DNA of 64,000 nt. Source: an uncultured Nitrospiraceae bacterium (GTDB taxonomy: Bacteria; Nitrospirota; Thermodesulfovibrionia; Thermodesulfovibrionales; Dissulfurispiraceae). A program made the position numbers and the translations under genes. The stretch's first letter is position 1. Each line of letters starts with the position of its first letter. Below the pieces are notes generated by a model. It was given only the letters and a program-made list of their open reading frames with translations. It did not search any database and had not been told where the DNA came from. Shown here piece after piece: positions 52,751 to 63,005 of this stretch. The DNA is taken from assembly GCA_963727805.1 (NCBI GenBank), contig CAVSHF010000003.1, positions 1,440,001-1,504,000 of the forward strand. The letters run 5' to 3'.

Positions 52751-53246
52751 TGAAAACCGCCTTTACGTTTTTATGCAAGGTTGCCGTGTCGGTAGTTGCC
52801 GTAAGGCTCTCTCCTTCCACATAAAATCTCTTTCCTATGATCATTACCTTATCGTCCGAAAGTAATAAATTTTTTGTAGCATCCCAGTGCAGCTTCGTAG
52901 TTACAATATCGTAATCCTTAGTCACAGCCTTGATATTGCCTTCGATCTTGAGGTCTTTGCTTTCAGTGTTATAAAGCCCATTTTCGGCCGTGAGGGTCAG
53001 TTCCTTTTCCGGGAAAAATATCTTAAGTGCCGTAAGCTGCACATCAGAGGCGGTCATAAAAACCGCCTTCTGGGCATCTACGATGAAACTAGTTCCCCCC
53101 CCCTTTTTCTGAACGATACTGACATTTTCCATATATGAATTTTCGCCGATATGGACCCGTCCTTTTATGTCGCTGTCCTGGAAGAAAAAAAGCGTCAGTA
53201 TCGTCAAAAGTCCAACCCCTGAAAGCAGGAACAACACCTTCTTCAT
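52740..53246 (-). CDS. lptC: LPS export protein LptC
   Basis: N-terminal TM plus beta-jellyroll pattern; operon position; start trimmed to MKKVL. Confidence 0.78.
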   Translation of the reverse strand: MKKVLFLLSGVGLLTILTLFFFQDSDIKGRVHIGENSYMENVSIVQKKGGGTSFIVDAQKAVFMTASDVQLTALKIFFPEKELTLTAENGLYNTESKDLKIEGNIKAVTKDYDIVTTKLHWDATKNLLLSDDKVMIIGKRFYVEGESLTATTDTATLHKNVKAVFNGK

Positions 53247-53281
53247 ATCAGATATTACCACACAGGGGAACGCTTGTAAAG

Positions 53282-53296
53282 GCAAATTACATGCCA
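53282..53296 (-). promoter_or_regulatory. Sigma-54 -24/-12 motif upstream of lptCAB-rpoN
   Basis: TGGCAT-GTAAT-TTGC (GG-N10-GC). Confidence 0.72.
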
Positions 53297-53444
53297 GATA
53301 TGCTGAGAAAAGACGTATTTGTCAAGATTTTTTAGTCTAAGACCTGCTTTTTTATCACTTCTCTTGCTATTTTCTTTATTATCACATTCTTGATAGTCAC
53401 TGTTTCATCGCTGATTATCACTGTACCGCACATAGATGTCTGCC

Positions 53445-54287
53445 CTACGATTCCATTTTTTTCAGCAGCGCCTCTTTCATAACCTCGATGGGCGGCCGTA
53501 CGCCAGTCCATATCTCGAAGGCAAGGACTCCCTGCCAAAGGAGCATTCCGAGGCCATTCAGCGTTACGCAGCCTGCAGCTGAGGCGGCGCAGAGAAACGG
53601 GGTCTCTTTATAGATAAGATCGCATACAGCCTGGTCTTTTTTTAACATCGACACATCGAGCGGCATCGGATCAGTCGGCTTCAACCCGAGCGGGGTCGCA
53701 TTGATGATGATATCGGTAGCCTGCAAGAAATCTTTGCTCTTCATGGCTGCAGCATCCACCTGCATTGCATTCTGGCGGATGGTGTTTAAATGTTGCGTAA
53801 GCGTTTCAGCCTTAGTGGCATCAACGTCGTAAAGGAAAACCTTCATAGCATCTTTGCAGAGATAATAACCGATGGCTCTAGCTGCACCTCCGGTACCAAC
53901 GATTAGTACCTTTTTGTCTTTTGCCGTAATGGCTGCTTCCGAAAGAGAACGCATAAAACCGCGTCCATCGGTATTAAAGCCGGTCAACTTTCCTGCGTCA
54001 TTTTTTATAGTATTGACCGCGCCGATGAATGAAGCCTCTTCATTGATCTCATTGAGGAACCCCATGACCCTTTCCTTATGCGGCACCGTCACGTTCACAC
54101 CTCCCAATGAGAGCGCCCTTATTCCCTTGACGGCGTCCGCCAAGAGATCAGGATGGACCGGGAATGTGACATAGCAGTAATCAATAGCAAGATGATCAAA
54201 GGCGGCATTGTGCATGGCTGGCGAAAGGCTATGCTTGACAGGATACCCGAACAATCCGACAATCGTCGTCTTTCCGCTTATGTTCAT
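53445..54287 (-). CDS. aroE: Shikimate dehydrogenase
   Basis: HSLSPAMHN, NVTVPHK, GAVNT, NTDG, GLGMLLWQG. Confidence 0.96.
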   Translation of the reverse strand: MNISGKTTIVGLFGYPVKHSLSPAMHNAAFDHLAIDYCYVTFPVHPDLLADAVKGIRALSLGGVNVTVPHKERVMGFLNEINEEASFIGAVNTIKNDAGKLTGFNTDGRGFMRSLSEAAITAKDKKVLIVGTGGAARAIGYYLCKDAMKVFLYDVDATKAETLTQHLNTIRQNAMQVDAAAMKSKDFLQATDIIINATPLGLKPTDPMPLDVSMLKKDQAVCDLIYKETPFLCAASAAGCVTLNGLGMLLWQGVLAFEIWTGVRPPIEVMKEALLKKMES

Positions 54288-54304
54288 GGCTGACTCCTTA
54301 TTTC

Positions 54305-55606
54305 TTACTTCGACAATTCCAGTACCGCATCGATGATTCCGGAAGGTGTCGATTCAATTATGACTGATTTAACTCCGAGGATTTCCTCGATCTCCTGCCG
54401 TGATACATCATCGAGAAAGACCTCGTGTCCCTCTTTCATCACGACATCCGGTATGATCAATATGTCCTCGCTATGGATATGTCCCGATAGCGCCCTCATC
54501 ACATCCCTTCCAGTAAGCAAACCCGTAACGGTCACGCCGTGGCCGAAATAAACGTTCTCAACCGGGAACGCTTCGACATCGAATCCCCTTTTTCTGATAC
54601 GTTCGATAAATTTGGCAAGAAAAGGATAAAACGAAATGCCCGTCAGAGTGACAAATTTTCTCTTCTTGATTTTATCAGGCACTTGGATCTTCAATCTCTT
54701 TGCCTGTGAGAGGAATTGTGGTACCAATCCAACACCGTTTTCTATTTGGGACAGTTCATCATAATCTTTCAAGGAGGGGAACTCCGTGCCCGCCTTGATA
54801 TACAGCTCATCAGCAGCAAAGACAATATGCTCGCCGTGCTTTCTTTTGAGCCTAGTCTGGAAGCGGGAAATCGTCTCGAGGGCGCTCAGGGCATCGCTTT
54901 TCTCCACAGGCCGTAGCACTTTTTTCCGGTGGGTCGTAAGGCCGACGGGAACGACAGCTATCGATTGAACATAAGGGTAGAACTTGTAGAGATCGTTTAT
55001 GGTGCTGGCCAACTCTCTGCCGTCGTTATATCCGGGGCAGAGTACGATTTGGGCATGCATCCTGATGTTGTGCTCTGCAAAAAACCTCAAGTCTTTAAGG
55101 ATGTCTCCTGCTTTTGGATTGCCGAGCATCCGGTTTCTGATTTCAGTATCTGTCGAGTGGACCGATATATAGAGTGGACTCAGGTGCTGCTCGACGATCC
55201 TCTTTCTCTCGCCATCGGTCAGACTAGTAAGGGTGATATAATTCCCGTAAAGGAACGATAGCCGATAATCTTCATCTTTTGCATAGAGAGTCTTTCTCAT
55301 TCCTTTAGGAAGCTGAGCAACAAAGCAGAAGATGCACCGGTTCGTGCACTTTTTCATTGTGAAGGGTTTCAGGACAATCCCCAGATTGGATGCCCCCCCA
55401 GCCGTCTTGATCGCAACGTGCCTCGTCTCACTTCCGCGTCCCATAAGTATGTCGAGGTCAGGCTCATTGCCGTAGTACATCAGATCGATGCTATCCCTTA
55501 TCCTACACCCATTTATAGATATGAGCCTGTCGCCTGCCAGCAGTCCCGCTGCCGCTCCGATACTTTCCGGAGCGACCTCTTCTATATCAACACCGCTACT
55601 TTTCAT
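54305..55606 (-). CDS. PDZ/DUF512 putative radical SAM protein
   Basis: N-terminal PDZ-like domain, CTNRCIFC, KDEDYRLSFLYGNY, QIENGVG. Confidence 0.9.
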   Translation of the reverse strand: MKSSGVDIEEVAPESIGAAAGLLAGDRLISINGCRIRDSIDLMYYGNEPDLDILMGRGSETRHVAIKTAGGASNLGIVLKPFTMKKCTNRCIFCFVAQLPKGMRKTLYAKDEDYRLSFLYGNYITLTSLTDGERKRIVEQHLSPLYISVHSTDTEIRNRMLGNPKAGDILKDLRFFAEHNIRMHAQIVLCPGYNDGRELASTINDLYKFYPYVQSIAVVPVGLTTHRKKVLRPVEKSDALSALETISRFQTRLKRKHGEHIVFAADELYIKAGTEFPSLKDYDELSQIENGVGLVPQFLSQAKRLKIQVPDKIKKRKFVTLTGISFYPFLAKFIERIRKRGFDVEAFPVENVYFGHGVTVTGLLTGRDVMRALSGHIHSEDILIIPDVVMKEGHEVFLDDVSRQEIEEILGVKSVIIESTPSGIIDAVLELSK

Positions 55607-56150
55607 TCTGTGTCAAACCTCTGTAAATATACTGGAGTCCAGAATAAATAGTGAGGCCTGCAACGATATACATAGCGGGTTCTGGCGCCTCATTCGGTAA
55701 TGACGGCAAATTGATCGCCAGAAGAACGTAGGCAATAAGGACAAGCTGTGATGCGATCGCCGCCTTCCCGATAATCGTAGGCTCAACCCTAGTGATGTGC
55801 GAAGTTAAATAGAGTAAAAACCATCCGAGCGTCACAATAAGGTCACGGCTGATGACCGTAATCGTAAGCCACGTCGGAACCCAACCATAAACTGAAAAAA
55901 GGATAAACGATGTAAGGAGCAGCACCTTATCTGCGAGGGGGTCAAGGAAGGCACCGAGCTTGGTCTTCTGGTCGGTCAAACGAGCGAGGAGCCCGTCAAG
56001 CATGTCGGTGATGCTCGCTGTCACAAAGAGGGCTAGCGCATAATCATACCGCCGGTATAAAAGAGCAGTTACGAATACCGGGATGAGGATGATCCGCATG
56101 AAGGTAATCATATTGGGAAGGCTGATAAATTGAGACTTCATAGCTGTCAT
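55596..56150 (-). CDS. CDP-alcohol phosphatidyltransferase
   Basis: PNMIT, D.LDG..AR.....G..LDP.ADK. Confidence 0.92.
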   Translation of the reverse strand: MTAMKSQFISLPNMITFMRIILIPVFVTALLYRRYDYALALFVTASITDMLDGLLARLTDQKTKLGAFLDPLADKVLLLTSFILFSVYGWVPTWLTITVISRDLIVTLGWFLLYLTSHITRVEPTIIGKAAIASQLVLIAYVLLAINLPSLPNEAPEPAMYIVAGLTIYSGLQYIYRGLTQNEK

Positions 56151-57250
56151 GGAATATTGAAGGGCATTGAATCGAAATTCAGATCAACTCCGATTTTTTT
56201 ATAACATGGAGGATTCTTCGCAGTAGCACCCTTCCTGAAAGCCTGTGCCGAATTCAGCAGGAGCAGACGCGCATGGCATCCTTCGAGCTTGAATTTATGC
56301 CTCTCAGCATTAGCAAGCGCGGATTGCATCAGCTTTTGCGCTTTCCGGTTATTGCCTTCCATCCACGCAACCTCCCCGTCAGCCAGATCGCAATAAATGA
56401 TGCCCCGCGGGTCTTTCGTCTTTTTGAAATTCTTGCGGGCCCTTCCAATAAGCTCACCAGCTTGTATGAGATCACCCTTCATCTTGTACACCATCGCAAG
56501 GCTCCAGAGAGTGTAAGAATAGCTCACGATATCACCAATCTCTTCATAGAGGCGAGTGGCTTTCCTGAAATGACTCAAGGCCTTTCCGTACTCTTTCATA
56601 ATACGATTGGCGTTGCCGACGCCGCAGTGTGTATAGGCGGAGCCAAAAGTGTCCCCCAGTGAATGAAACATTTCGTTTGCCTGATGGTAATACTTCAAAG
56701 ACTCCGCTGTTTTGCCAACGATACGGTGTGTCCCGCCGAGGCCGGCAAGTGAATACGCGATGCCCGGATTGAATTTTACGGAAGCGAAGATGCGCTTTGC
56801 CTCCTTGAAAGTCGCGATGGCAGCCGGTATCTTTCCGGCTACCCTCAGCGATCCAGCTTCCGCCCAAAGGGCAAAGGCCACGCCTTTTTTATCTCCGGCA
56901 GCCATGTATATTTTCCGGGCCTTCGTGATGAGCCTGATAGCCTTTTGCCACATGCCGACAGCCCGATAAGAGAGCCCAAGTCCAACCATCGCGTCTGCGG
57001 CCGTGAGATCATTGCAGAGTCCTTCACAGAGTTCGAGGGCCTCGGTATAAAACTCGACCGCACTGTCAAAGTCTCCCATAATGCGAAAAACGTCGGCAGA
57101 GGCCATGTTTGCATCGAGGAGACCGCCGATATCCTTTCGTTTCTGTGATAGAGTGCGGGCCTTCGTGAAAAGGACAAGGGCCTCCCGGTAATTCGACTTC
57201 CGTCTTAAAGACTCCGCTGCTTCTATGATCTCATAAATTTTATTGTCCAT
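56147..57250 (-). CDS. Tetratricopeptide repeat protein
   Basis: About 40-aa helical repeats (GD..G.A...LG). Confidence 0.85.
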   Translation of the reverse strand: MDNKIYEIIEAAESLRRKSNYREALVLFTKARTLSQKRKDIGGLLDANMASADVFRIMGDFDSAVEFYTEALELCEGLCNDLTAADAMVGLGLSYRAVGMWQKAIRLITKARKIYMAAGDKKGVAFALWAEAGSLRVAGKIPAAIATFKEAKRIFASVKFNPGIAYSLAGLGGTHRIVGKTAESLKYYHQANEMFHSLGDTFGSAYTHCGVGNANRIMKEYGKALSHFRKATRLYEEIGDIVSYSYTLWSLAMVYKMKGDLIQAGELIGRARKNFKKTKDPRGIIYCDLADGEVAWMEGNNRKAQKLMQSALANAERHKFKLEGCHARLLLLNSAQAFRKGATAKNPPCYKKIGVDLNFDSMPFNIP

Positions 57251-57308
57251 TTTTCATCCTTTGCCGTTCTGACCTTCCTGCGTTCGGCGCTTTCAAGCTT
57301 CTGATCTA

Positions 57309-57968
57309 TTAGGTACTTCCCAGTGCTTCTCTGAGTTGCTTCATAAACGCAGCATAGTCTCCCGTACCGAAAAAGGCCGAACCCATAACGAGAATATCGG
57401 CCCCCGCCGCTGCTATTCCTGGTGCATTATCGAGCTTCACTCCTCCGTCAACCTCGATGACAACAGAGAGACTCTTCTCCCTTAACCTTCCTTTCAGCAC
57501 CCTGATCTTATCAAGTGCTGACGGGATGAAGCGCTGCCCTCCGAACCCCGGATTGACGGACATTATAAGGACGAGGTCGATGTCGGATAGTATATAATCA
57601 AGGTTGCAGAGAGGAGTCGCTGGATTGAGAGACACGCCTGCTTTGACTCCGCTCTCTTTGATGCATTGAACCGTGCGGTGAAGGTGCGCGGTCGCCTCGG
57701 CATGGACCGTGATATAATCAGATCCTGCTGATGCAAAATCCCGGAGATATTTATCGGGGTTATTAATCATGAGATGTACGTCAAGAGGAAGCTTCGTTAT
57801 TTTTCTAAGGCCCTCGACAATCATCGGCCCGACAGTAATGTTCGGAACAAAATGCCCGTCCATCACATCGATATGTATCAAATCGGCCCCGGCGGCTTCG
57901 GCAGCACTAATCTCCTCACCCAGCTTCATAAAATCGGCTGAGAGTATGGAAGGCGCAATCCTGATCAC
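57309..57968 (-). CDS. rpe: Ribulose-phosphate 3-epimerase
   Basis: APSILSADF, HIDVMDGHFVPN, MSVNPGFGGQ, VDGG. Confidence 0.98.
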   Translation of the reverse strand: MIRIAPSILSADFMKLGEEISAAEAAGADLIHIDVMDGHFVPNITVGPMIVEGLRKITKLPLDVHLMINNPDKYLRDFASAGSDYITVHAEATAHLHRTVQCIKESGVKAGVSLNPATPLCNLDYILSDIDLVLIMSVNPGFGGQRFIPSALDKIRVLKGRLREKSLSVVIEVDGGVKLDNAPGIAAAGADILVMGSAFFGTGDYAAFMKQLREALGST

Positions 57969-58480
57969 TTTTTCTCCTCCTCGATGCTGCCGAGACTTAT
58001 GAGAACGCGGAAGTTGTCCCCCCCCTTTTCCTCGCTCTCGGGTCTCTGAGCAATAATGAAATTCTTTTCGACATCACAATGAACATAAATAGCTTTAGCT
58101 ATACGTATCCCTCTTCCCGCTAAGACGGCCTCCGCTTCTTCAAGCTTCATGCCCACGACATCGGGCACGTACTGGACCTTCGGCCCCTTGCTCACTATTA
58201 CCTTTATCCCCCGACCTTCCTTGACCTTGCTTGAAGCAGGTATGTCCTGGCGCACAATATATCCTGGAATAACTTCGGAGTCATAATCCTCTGCAGCGCC
58301 GAGCAAGTGCAGGCCTTTATTCTGAAGAACGTTCACAGCTTCGGCAACACTCTTTCCTTTCAGATCTGGGACCTCCACTGTATTGCTCAGGCTGAGCACT
58401 TTAAAAGTAAGATGCCCAGCAACCATTCCCACGATAAAAAGAATACCTATGTAGAGAGGTATTTTGACTAATTTATTCAT
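57965..58480 (-). CDS. Membrane-anchored PASTA-domain protein (2 PASTA)
   Basis: TM, then VPDLKGKS..EA...Q......VSKG and VPDVVGM..EEA. Confidence 0.88.
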   Translation of the reverse strand: MNKLVKIPLYIGILFIVGMVAGHLTFKVLSLSNTVEVPDLKGKSVAEAVNVLQNKGLHLLGAAEDYDSEVIPGYIVRQDIPASSKVKEGRGIKVIVSKGPKVQYVPDVVGMKLEEAEAVLAGRGIRIAKAIYVHCDVEKNFIIAQRPESEEKGGDNFRVLISLGSIEEEKK

Positions 58481-59901
58481 TCCGTCCTCTTGAGTCGCGT
58501 CGCGAAGAACCCGTCCATATTGTCCCGATGGGACCAGGTGCGGTAAAAAAGGTGTCCCTCTTCATCGCGATACGCGAAATGCCCGAGAAACTTATAAGCT
58601 CCCTCTATAATACTAAAATCGGGATGAGACTGTAAAAAAAATCTGATAACTTCATCGCCCTCTTCTGGTTCCGTAGAACATACTGAGTAGACCATACTGC
58701 CGCCTGGCCTGAGATATTGCGCCGTGCGGTCCAATAAGTCGAGTTGCAACGATTGAAAACGTTTGAGATCCTTCTCTTCATGCCGATATTTCACGTCAGG
58801 GTTTTTTCTGATTACCCCAATAGACGAACAGGGGGCGTCAAGAAGGACTTTGTCAAACAAACCTTTCACAACAGCACGTCTTATGTCCCCATGAACGATC
58901 ACCACCGACTTGAGGTTGAGCCGCGCAACATTTTCTTCTATTTTTTTGATCCTTCCAACATCCATCTCAACAGCCACTATTTCCCCTGCGTCATGCATGA
59001 GTCGGGCGATATGGGTCGTTTTCCCGCCGGGCGCGGCACAGGTATCTAAAACCCTCTCGCCGCTAGCGGGATCGAGGAGATACGTTATGAGCTGGGCTGC
59101 CTCGTCCTGGATGACATACGATGTGACATCAAGCGGAATGTGTTGCGGAGCAATGCGGCTATATTCCATACCCCCCCGCTCGGCAGTGACTGCTTCACTA
59201 TATTCTTCAGGGCCGTTCTTCCTCTCGCTCTCTTTCCTGCGTCCTTTAATAATGACCCCAACGGGCGAATATTGTGTCTGCTCTGCATCTATCCCATTTT
59301 CAGCCATAAGCTTCAATGACTTTTCACGATCACCATCTATCCTTAGAGTAAGCAACGGGATGGCGTTGTTCTTCCGCGCCAGCTTCAGCGCCTCTTCGCT
59401 GCCAAGCCTCCCAATCCACCTTCTGATGAGCCATGCAGGATGGGATGTCGCAATCGAAATATTTTCAACTATGCCTGCTTTTTTAGGATCGCCAATTCCT
59501 TCTCTTCGCCGCAGGTAATTCCTGAGTACCGCGTTCACCAGTGCTGCCTTGCCACTTTTTCTTTTCTCAATCTGGACCGCCTCGTTGACAGCAGCCCATT
59601 CAGGTACACGCATAAAGCGCAGCTGATACATGGCTATTCTTAGATTGTTCATTGTATCGGGAGGAAGAGCGGAAAGCTTGTGGAGAAAATTCGAGAGCAG
59701 CCAGTCGAGAGCATCCCTGTGCCTCAGAACACCGTAAACAAGCTCCATCAGAAACGACCGCTCGCGATCATCCAGTTGCCGGGACAATTTGCCGAGCACT
59801 TCTTTAGGCTTATCAGAAGTGGAGAAGATCTGCTCAAGGGCCTTTACGGCAAGGTATCGGGTAGACATCTTATCGGTTATCTGCTCATTTGGCGCCTGCA
59901 A
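58477..59901 (-). CDS. rsmB: 16S rRNA m5C967 methyltransferase
   Basis: NusB-like N-terminus, QDEAAQ, CAAPGGKT, DAPCS, YSVCS; start may be 59868. Confidence 0.95.
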   Translation of the reverse strand: MQAPNEQITDKMSTRYLAVKALEQIFSTSDKPKEVLGKLSRQLDDRERSFLMELVYGVLRHRDALDWLLSNFLHKLSALPPDTMNNLRIAMYQLRFMRVPEWAAVNEAVQIEKRKSGKAALVNAVLRNYLRRREGIGDPKKAGIVENISIATSHPAWLIRRWIGRLGSEEALKLARKNNAIPLLTLRIDGDREKSLKLMAENGIDAEQTQYSPVGVIIKGRRKESERKNGPEEYSEAVTAERGGMEYSRIAPQHIPLDVTSYVIQDEAAQLITYLLDPASGERVLDTCAAPGGKTTHIARLMHDAGEIVAVEMDVGRIKKIEENVARLNLKSVVIVHGDIRRAVVKGLFDKVLLDAPCSSIGVIRKNPDVKYRHEEKDLKRFQSLQLDLLDRTAQYLRPGGSMVYSVCSTEPEEGDEVIRFFLQSHPDFSIIEGAYKFLGHFAYRDEEGHLFYRTWSHRDNMDGFFATRLKRTE

Positions 59902-60409
59902 AAAAGGTGATCGCCTCCTGGACCTTCGTAAGGTCTACCCGAGTATTGATGCAGGGACCGAAGGGACGTTCATTGAGGATGCCGATGACAGGCAGCGGAT
60001 AGGTATCAACAAGCCCACTGCTAAGGTCCCTTTCACAGGCCACGGCGATGATCGCCTCGGGCCGCGCCTCTTTCACAATACGCCGCGCAATGGTGCCTCC
60101 CGTAGCGACAAAAAGCCTCAAGCCATAGTCTTCCGAGATAATTATCAGGTCTTTGATCTCGCACTTTCCGCACCTTTTGCAGTTAGATATATTATGGGTT
60201 ATCCTCACGTCGCAATCACTAATCTGGAGGCAGTGGGGAAGCAGGAGCAGCAAGGTGCCTACCCGGTACTTTCCGGACCTCACCAGCCTATTGTTGATTT
60301 CAATGATACAAATCTGGAACCTCTCTTTTTTGTTCTTGAAGAATGCGCCTGCCAGCATCATCGCCGGATAGAGTATCTTAAGGACGATCCCTCTAAGAAA
60401 ATTTCTCAT
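59885..60409 (-). CDS. DUF116 protein
   Basis: LLPHCLQ, CKRCGKC, ATGGT.AR, AVACERDL, GPCINT. Confidence 0.9.
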   Translation of the reverse strand: MRNFLRGIVLKILYPAMMLAGAFFKNKKERFQICIIEINNRLVRSGKYRVGTLLLLLPHCLQISDCDVRITHNISNCKRCGKCEIKDLIIISEDYGLRLFVATGGTIARRIVKEARPEAIIAVACERDLSSGLVDTYPLPVIGILNERPFGPCINTRVDLTKVQEAITFFAGAK

Positions 60410-61316
60410 GGCCTTCCTTCAATTTCCTTCCCGCCAGGAATGCGGCTGCAGACATCGCATGTCTCCCTTCAGGCTGGAGTCCTTCGATCATGAGAAGGCT
60501 CTTTGAGGTGCCGACAAGCAGAGTCCCCGACGATGCCTTCTCTATCCTTCCTGGTTCCCCGCTCCCCTCAACGGCTTTTGCCCTGGTGATCTTTATGCGT
60601 TCTTTGCCGAGCGAGCAGAAAGCCGAGGGCCAGGGGTTCATCCCCCTGATAAAATCCACCAAGGTTTTGGCGTTCTTCTGCCAGTCTATCCTGCCGTCCT
60701 CTTTCCTCAGCGAAGAGGCATATGTGGCTTCTCCCTGCTGTGGTATCGGCTTCACACATCCTGACCTCATACCTCTGAGTGTGTCGATCAGCATCGCAGC
60801 TCCCACGACGGAGAGCTTCTTGGAAAGAGTTGTGGCATTATCATCTTCAGATATTTCAAGACTCGACTGGAGCAGGATGTCCCCTGTATCGAGACCTTCA
60901 TCCATCAGCATAGTCGTAACACCTGTAGTCCTCTCGCCATTGATCAAGGACCATTGTACAGGCGCGGCGCCCCGGTATTTTGGCAGTAGCGAGGCATGGA
61001 CATTGATACAGCCTTTCGCGGGCATATATAAAATCTCCTTAGGAAGGACCTTCCCATAGGCGACAACAATGATAAATTCAGGACTGTGCCGAGCCAGCTC
61101 GCGATAGAATTCCTGATCCCGTATCTTTTCAGGCTGGGCCACGCCGATGCCGTGAGACAACGCCAATTCTTTCACTGGCGGAGACGAAAGGGCATGGCCC
61201 CTCCCTTTAACCCTGTCAGGCTGGGAGACCACGAGGACAACATCCTCCCCCTTTTCGATAAGGGCCTTCAGTGAAGGGAGGGCGAAGTCAGGGGTCCCAA
61301 AAAAAATTATGGCCAC
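60393..61316 (-). CDS. fmt: Methionyl-tRNA formyltransferase
   Basis: FFGTPDFA, NVHASLLPKYRGAAP, GLDTGD. Confidence 0.97.
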   Translation of the reverse strand: MAIIFFGTPDFALPSLKALIEKGEDVVLVVSQPDRVKGRGHALSSPPVKELALSHGIGVAQPEKIRDQEFYRELARHSPEFIIVVAYGKVLPKEILYMPAKGCINVHASLLPKYRGAAPVQWSLINGERTTGVTTMLMDEGLDTGDILLQSSLEISEDDNATTLSKKLSVVGAAMLIDTLRGMRSGCVKPIPQQGEATYASSLRKEDGRIDWQKNAKTLVDFIRGMNPWPSAFCSLGKERIKITRAKAVEGSGEPGRIEKASSGTLLVGTSKSLLMIEGLQPEGRHAMSAAAFLAGRKLKEGHEKFS

Positions 61317-61389
61317 TGCGACCTCTGAATTACAGTAATTGTTTTCTGCACTTTGTTCCAGCTATGTTTTCTGCTATGTGCCAGGTGCC

Positions 61390-61902
61390 CTAGACCTTTG
61401 ACTCTTTGAGGGCCTTGAGATAACGCTTTTTAAAAAACTCCCGTTTGATCGTGCTAATGCGGTCAATAATCAGAACGCCATCGAGGTGGTCTATTTCATG
61501 CTGGAAGGCCCGAGCAAGAAGGCCTGTTGCCTCCATCTCGACGGGCTTCCCCTCTCTATCCACCCCCCTGATGATGATCCTTTCTGCTCTCTTAATTTGG
61601 GCGATATATTGCGGCACGCTGAGGCACCCCTCTTCGGATTCGATAAGGCCTTCTGCAAGTATAATCTCTGGGTTGATGAGCACGATCAGGGGCTGGCCCT
61701 CTTCTCTCAGGCCTACATCGATAACGATCACCCTCTTCTTGACGCCAACTTGAGGTGCGGCGAGCCCAATCCCTGCACAAGCATACATGGTCTCGATCAT
61801 GTTGTCTATCAAGCGCTGGAGGCCCTTTTCAGCCATATCCACGGCAAGGGCTTTCTCCTTCAGGACATCTTCGGGATATTTCTTAACCTCAAGGACAGAC
61901 AT
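61390..61902 (-). CDS. def: Peptide deformylase
   Basis: GIGLAAPQ, EGCLS, QHEIDHLDG. Confidence 0.97.
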   Translation of the reverse strand: MSVLEVKKYPEDVLKEKALAVDMAEKGLQRLIDNMIETMYACAGIGLAAPQVGVKKRVIVIDVGLREEGQPLIVLINPEIILAEGLIESEEGCLSVPQYIAQIKRAERIIIRGVDREGKPVEMEATGLLARAFQHEIDHLDGVLIIDRISTIKREFFKKRYLKALKESKV

Positions 61903-62092
61903 ATTCAATTATAACACACCTCTTTGTGCCTCCTGCAACGTACAAAAGACGTAGATTATGCCACTTCAGCGCAGATAGTCCCTTCGATTTTCTCCTTCAA
62001 TAAAGGGAGAAATGCGGTATGGGTGGGCGCCGTTGAAATATTTATTTAAAGAGTGTACAGTAAGCTATCGCAATGCTGCAGGGGTTTATCGA

Positions 62093-62725
62093 ATGATAAA
62101 AGTACTTTTTGTTGAAGATCACGCAATCGTACGCGAAGGGTTGAAGCAGATACTTGCCGACACCGACGATATTATAGTGGCCGACGAAGCGGCTGACGGC
62201 GAAGAAGCTCTGGAGAAAGTTCCTAAAGGCGATTTTGACGTCATTGTTCTCGATATCTCGATGCCTAAAAGAAGCGGCCTTGACGTATTATTAGAATTAA
62301 AGAGCATACGCCCTAAGCTTCCCGTTTTGATCCTGAGCATGTATCCCGAAGAGTTGTATGCTATCCGCGCATTTAAAAGTGGCGCCTCGGGCTATCTCTC
62401 AAAAGAAAGCGCCCCCACCGAATTGATCACTGCCATACGGAAAGTTTCCTGCGGAGGGAAATATATAAGCCCCGCTCTTGCCGAGAATCTGGTAGTCAAT
62501 CTCGGTGAAGACAATGGCAAACCGCTGCATGATAAGCTTTCCGAGCGAGAATACCAAATACTGTGCATGATCGCCTCAGGCAAGACGGGAAAGGAGATCG
62601 CTGTCGAACTCAAGTTGAGCGCCAAGACTGTCAGCACATACCGGGCCCGCATCCTAGAAAAGATGGCGATGAGGACCAATGCTGAACTAACGCACTACGC
62701 CCTCCAGAACCGGCTCGTCTTCTAG
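62093..62725 (+). CDS. NarL/LuxR-family response regulator
   Basis: EDH.IVREG, LDISMP, LSERE, LSAKTVSTYR; start trimmed to MIKVL. Confidence 0.94.
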   Translation: MIKVLFVEDHAIVREGLKQILADTDDIIVADEAADGEEALEKVPKGDFDVIVLDISMPKRSGLDVLLELKSIRPKLPVLILSMYPEELYAIRAFKSGASGYLSKESAPTELITAIRKVSCGGKYISPALAENLVVNLGEDNGKPLHDKLSEREYQILCMIASGKTGKEIAVELKLSAKTVSTYRARILEKMAMRTNAELTHYALQNRLVF

Positions 62726-63005
62726 ATTGTACGCTCACAAGGCTATGTCTTCCATATCAACATTAGCTCCCCCTTGAATTTGTCCCCAAAAGGGTTATCT
62801 TGTTAACTAACCGCGACTGACGCTTTTGCGTTAGTTTGGGTTACCGCATCAACGACAGTTCGATAACGGTATTACTAGAAGGGTTATAAGATTACCGACC
62901 GCAGAGGTTTTCAGGAATACTGAACATATTAAGTTTGTGTTCAAGGTCGGTGAGGCCTCGATGAGTGGATACGATGACCTCCGGATCTTCGAACATCTAA
63001 AATAG

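Noticed and set aside
61365..61385. TGGCAC upstream of fmt as a sigma-54 site
   Set aside because: No TTGC at the required spacing.
62093..62725. Orphan response regulator
   Set aside because: Common; the kinase may be encoded elsewhere.
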